From IMG/VR virus record IMGVR_UViG_3300049828_000245, positions 1-31,719 of that record: DNA of 31,719 nucleotides; one strand, given 5' to 3'. The DNA is from a virus (taxonomy: Duplodnaviria > Caudoviricetes). Each line of letters starts with the position of its first letter. The stretch's first letter is position 1. The notes under the pieces are model-generated. The model made no database searches and had not been told where the DNA came from. It saw nothing but the letters and a program-made list of their open reading frames with translations. The position numbers were made by a program, and so were the translations under genes. Of this stretch, positions 31,719-31,719 are shown piece by piece.

Positions 31719-31719
31719 C

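Larger units (their letters stand above)
1..31719. mobile_element. Temperate siphovirus-type actinobacteriophage genome segment (attP intact)
   Basis: Head, tail, lysis, integration, immunity and replication modules present; no host housekeeping genes; TMP and tail tube but no sheath. Confidence 0.95.

Overview
The window is about 31.7 kb of a high-GC temperate siphovirus-type actinobacteriophage. It appears to be the non-integrated form, because an intact attP (3' half of tRNA-Lys(UUU) plus integrase arm-type repeats) lies internally with phage genes on both sides. Nearly all genes are on the minus strand. Reading right to left: a ParB-fused DNA methyltransferase (frameshifted at a G10 tract), terS/terL, portal, a four-gene fibre-like insert, protease, HK97-type capsid, an EndoVII-family endonuclease, adaptor, glycosyltransferase, tail genes, a clan GH-A glycoside hydrolase, lysis genes, a lipoprotein/DUF3263 moron, integrase/attP, the ImmA-repressor/Cro switch, excisionase, small early genes (including an Rpf-like transglycosylase and an Lsr2-like protein), ParB, a broken RusA, a Cas4-like nuclease, an SSB-like protein and the start of a primase-polymerase. 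The most notable observations are: (1) two 'ATLWxDA' strands inserted in the tail hub gene that look like the missing first strand of the adjacent LamG protein, suggesting donor-strand docking; (2) a hairpin that hides the endonuclease start codon, next to a recoded capsid 3' end; (3) a possibly phase-variable methyltransferase; (4) three dispersed mini-proteins sharing an H-x3-C-P...C..C motif; (5) tandem hairpins with complementary loops. All product calls come from motif recognition by eye; no database search was run.
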